Of a DNA stretch of 64,000 bases, positions 61,489 through 64,000 are shown in pieces (position 1 is the stretch's first letter; every line of letters starts with the position of its first letter). Both the position numbers and the translations under genes were made by a program. Source of the stretch: Dehalococcoidia bacterium (GTDB lineage Bacteria; Chloroflexota; Dehalococcoidia; SM23-28-2); contig JAUWYP010000004.1 in assembly GCA_030615765.1 (NCBI GenBank), forward strand, positions 15,862 to 79,861, read 5' to 3'. The notes beneath the pieces were generated by a model. The model did not search any database. It was not told where the DNA came from and saw only the letters and a program-made list of their open reading frames with translations.

Positions 61489-62880
61489 ATGCGCCCCATC
61501 GTGACCATCGCCGACACAACCGACGGTTTGCCTGCCGCGTTCGACGCCATCTTTGCGCCATACGGCGGCATCGCCAACGTCATCCCTGCCGGCAGCAAGG
61601 TTCACCTCAAACCGAACGGCGTCCACTTCTCCGTGGGCGTGTACACGGACCCTGCCGTCGTTGACGCTCTGCTTGCCTACCTGAGCGACCACGGCTACAA
61701 ACGCCTGGCCCTGATGGAGAATTGCACCCAAGGTGTTTCCACCCGCCTTGTTTTCGAGGTGAATGGCTACGTCGGCATCGCCCGCCAGCACAACGCCGAG
61801 CTGATCTATCTGGACGAGGGAGGCACGGTGCCCTACACCCTGGAGGACGAGGAGGTGCCGATTCGCATCCCCCGCCGGCTCTATGAGTCCTTCATCGACC
61901 CCTCGCGGCGGCCTGGCAACTTCTACCTCAGCTTGCCCAAGCTGAAGACCCACTCGATGACGATGATGACCCTGGGCGTCAAAAACCAGCAAGCGTTCCC
62001 TATTGACGAGGACCGTATGCACTTTCACACCCATGAGACGCTGCACCTTCGTCTCGCCCGCCTCTACCGGATGGTGCAACCCGATTTCTGCATCATCGAG
62101 GGAGTAACGGCGATCTTCAACGGCCACATACCACCCGCGGCCCTGCTAAGAGAGAGCAGCGTCCAGCTGAACGTGCTCATCGGCGGCCAAGACACGGTGG
62201 CGGTGGACACCGTGGGCTGCAAGGTGATGGGCTATGCGATCGAGGAGGTGGAGCACCTGCGCCTGGCGGCGGAGTGGGGTCTGGGTGAGGGACAGCTCGA
62301 CCGCATCGAGGTTATCGGCAACCTCAACCGTTTCCGAAAGCGTTATCCGTACGCCCTGCAGCGCCGCTTCCACCCCGACGTGCACATCGTCGAGGGTCGC
62401 GAGCAGGCGTGCGTCGAGGGCTGCAAGGGGAACACCGAGTGTGCCCTGGAGATACTAAGCAACGACTATCCCACCCAGGGCGGCTTCAGTATCGTCTTCG
62501 GCAAGGGGTTCGAGGACGCCGATCTGGAGGACCTGCCCGGGGACATCCTGGTGGTAGGGGCATGCACCATCAACGATAGGGGAGCGGATTTGCGGCGGCG
62601 CTACCCCGACCGCCGAATCATCGAAGTGGACGCCTCAAACGACATACGCGGCGTCACCGCCGGCCTCGCTCATCTGATGAAGGTCAGGCCGCTGGCCATG
62701 GTGCCCCTCAATCCCCTCCGCTCGCTGTGGATTGTCCTGCAGGCCAGGCTGCACGGCCTCAACTCGCGCATGCCGCCCCTCCTGGGGGGGCCGAAGCCGA
62801 CAGGCCTGAGCGAGGCCCAACGCCGCTGGTACCGCGAGGGAGGAGGCGACTGCGGACGAGGCGCGGAAACCCCTCGATAG
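61489..62880 (+). CDS. DUF362 domain protein
   Basis: I prefer the ATG at 61489 (MRPIVTIADT) after GGGAGGT. VHLKPNGV and LPKLKTHSMTMMTLGVKNQ are DUF362 hallmarks. The C-terminal part is Cys-rich (CVEGCKGNTEC). Confidence 0.75.
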   Translation: MRPIVTIADTTDGLPAAFDAIFAPYGGIANVIPAGSKVHLKPNGVHFSVGVYTDPAVVDALLAYLSDHGYKRLALMENCTQGVSTRLVFEVNGYVGIARQHNAELIYLDEGGTVPYTLEDEEVPIRIPRRLYESFIDPSRRPGNFYLSLPKLKTHSMTMMTLGVKNQQAFPIDEDRMHFHTHETLHLRLARLYRMVQPDFCIIEGVTAIFNGHIPPAALLRESSVQLNVLIGGQDTVAVDTVGCKVMGYAIEEVEHLRLAAEWGLGEGQLDRIEVIGNLNRFRKRYPYALQRRFHPDVHIVEGREQACVEGCKGNTECALEILSNDYPTQGGFSIVFGKGFEDADLEDLPGDILVVGACTINDRGADLRRRYPDRRIIEVDASNDIRGVTAGLAHLMKVRPLAMVPLNPLRSLWIVLQARLHGLNSRMPPLLGGPKPTGLSEAQRRWYREGGGDCGRGAETPR

Positions 62881-62976
62881 CGCACGCCGCTGCAAAGAGG
62901 GCGTCGGCGCTGCCGGAAGGGTAGGTGGGAGCACGGCCGTCACGTTGGTCGGCGTTAGGTCCGAGGAGTTGTCCTG

Positions 62977-63321
62977 ATGAACTCAAAGTGTACGTACATT
63001 GCTGATCTGGCCAAGCAGGTGGACATCCCCGTCGACGGCATCCTCAGCCGTACCCTCTACACCGATGAGCAGGTGAAGGTCGTACTCTTCGGGCTTGGTG
63101 CCGGTCAGGAGCTTTCGGAGCATGCGGCCTCAATGCCAGCCATCCTGCACATCGTCCAGGGAGAAGCTCACCTGACGCTGGGGGATGACACGCTGGAAGC
63201 GCGAGCTGGCGCATGGGTCCACATGCCCCCTCAGCTTCAACACAGCATTTACGCGAAAACCCCTGTGGTGATGCTACTGCTGCTGCTAAAGTCCGCAGAA
63301 GGGCAAGGGCGCCCTCAGTAG
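62977..63321 (+). CDS. Cupin domain protein
   Basis: 114-aa ORF with a GAGGAG SD. It has a single cupin barrel (ELSEHAASMPAILHIVQGEAHL ... WVHMPPQLQHS). Confidence 0.7.
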   Translation: MNSKCTYIADLAKQVDIPVDGILSRTLYTDEQVKVVLFGLGAGQELSEHAASMPAILHIVQGEAHLTLGDDTLEARAGAWVHMPPQLQHSIYAKTPVVMLLLLLKSAEGQGRPQ

Positions 63322-64000
63322 GGCTGGCAGCGCTCGAAGATCCGGCGCGGGTTCTCTACCGTCATCTGGCGAATCTCGTCCTCGGTCACGCCGCTCTCCA
63401 GTAGTGCGGGGATAACCGTGTCGGGGATGAAGTTGTAGTGCCAGTTCGGGGCGGTCATCTCGAGCAGCGAACGCTCGAACCAGTCGAAGTAGGAATAGGC
63501 ATCGTGGGAGAGAACCATCTTGTCGGCATGGCCCACCTTGCAGAGCCGGGCGATGGTGGCGACGCGATCGGCCGTCGGCAGGAACATGTCCAGCCCAAAG
63601 CGGTCCATGCCGATGTAGCTGCCACGGCCTACGAGCCGCAGTAGGTAGTCGATGTCCTTGGAGTCGCCGCTGTGACCGATGATCACCCGCGACAGGTCTA
63701 CCCCTTCCGACTCAAAGATGTCCTGCTGCGCCGTTCCTGTCTGCCCGGCGGCGAAGGTATGGGTAGTGATCGGCACGCCGGTGGCACGGTGGACGCGGGC
63801 GCAGGCCCTCAGGACCTTCTCGATCTCTCCGGTGGCTCCTGCCTCGTCGGTGGCGCACTTGATCACCCCCGCCTTGATCTGCGTGCCGGCTATGCCCTCG
63901 TTGATGTCCTTGAGGAACAGCTCTGCCATAACGTCGGCGCTGCGACTATGGAAGTAGCGAGGCACGTCGTAGTAGAGGCCCGTCGCTGCTATGATCTGCA
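63315..64000 (-). CDS. Phosphotriesterase-family (PTER/amidohydrolase) protein; 5' end beyond window
   Basis: The frame is open to the window end (…QIIAATGLYYDVPRYFH…). Motifs include VIKCATDE, VPITTHT, IIGHSGDS, and MVLSHDA, which match the PTE-family metal-ligand layout. The track start at 63965 is an internal Met. Confidence 0.8.
   Translation of the reverse strand, partial: QIIAATGLYYDVPRYFHSRSADVMAELFLKDINEGIAGTQIKAGVIKCATDEAGATGEIEKVLRACARVHRATGVPITTHTFAAGQTGTAQQDIFESEGVDLSRVIIGHSGDSKDIDYLLRLVGRGSYIGMDRFGLDMFLPTADRVATIARLCKVGHADKMVLSHDAYSYFDWFERSLLEMTAPNWHYNFIPDTVIPALLESGVTEDEIRQMTVENPRRIFERCQPY

Overview
This is a visibly GC-rich, densely coding bacterial chromosomal segment with about 49 protein genes on both strands. 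I recognised no rRNA, tRNA, CRISPR array, transposase or integrase. Several protein traits point to a Chloroflexota- or Actinomycetota-like organism, but this is inference only. These traits are lipoboxes followed by an acidic tract and Thr-Pro linkers, a PAC2 protein, and an acVLRF1-type protein.

Modules in order:
1. A glycyl-radical enzyme (GRE) operon with an acyl-CoA dehydrogenase between the GRE and its activase, followed by YjbQ, a second acyl-CoA dehydrogenase and an HD-GYP protein.
2. Four paralogous lipoprotein solute-binding proteins flanking a tungsten-type aldehyde:ferredoxin oxidoreductase, with no transporter membrane or ATPase genes.
3. PAC2, glycerophosphodiesterase, aldo-keto reductase and an atypical radical SAM gene.
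4. A single co-directional operon for siroheme-dependent (alternative) heme synthesis, ending in an AhbA-AhbB-HemL triple fusion.
5. Acetyl-CoA synthetase followed by a Vms1/VLRF1-like release-factor homologue.
6. Nitroreductase, a large anchored protein with a very long (Thr-Pro)n tract, SthA, a CHASE2 cyclase and Asd.
7. Secreted proteins (two pectin-acetylesterase-like esterases, a YVTN propeller protein, a CAP protein) that share an unrecognised two-cysteine domain of about 72 aa.
8. A LarA-like / HpcH aldolase / Ldh_2 cluster.
9. A corrinoid methyl-transfer island: LarA-like variant, B12 radical SAM, corrinoid protein, homocysteine-methyltransferase-family protein, RACo activase, two URO-D-family methyltransferases and DUF362. 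It is followed by a cupin and a phosphotriesterase-family gene cut by the window end.

Many long ORFs in the supplied track are antisense shadows typical of GC-rich DNA and are rejected. Several track ORFs are shortened to internal starts that have clear Shine-Dalgarno sequences.
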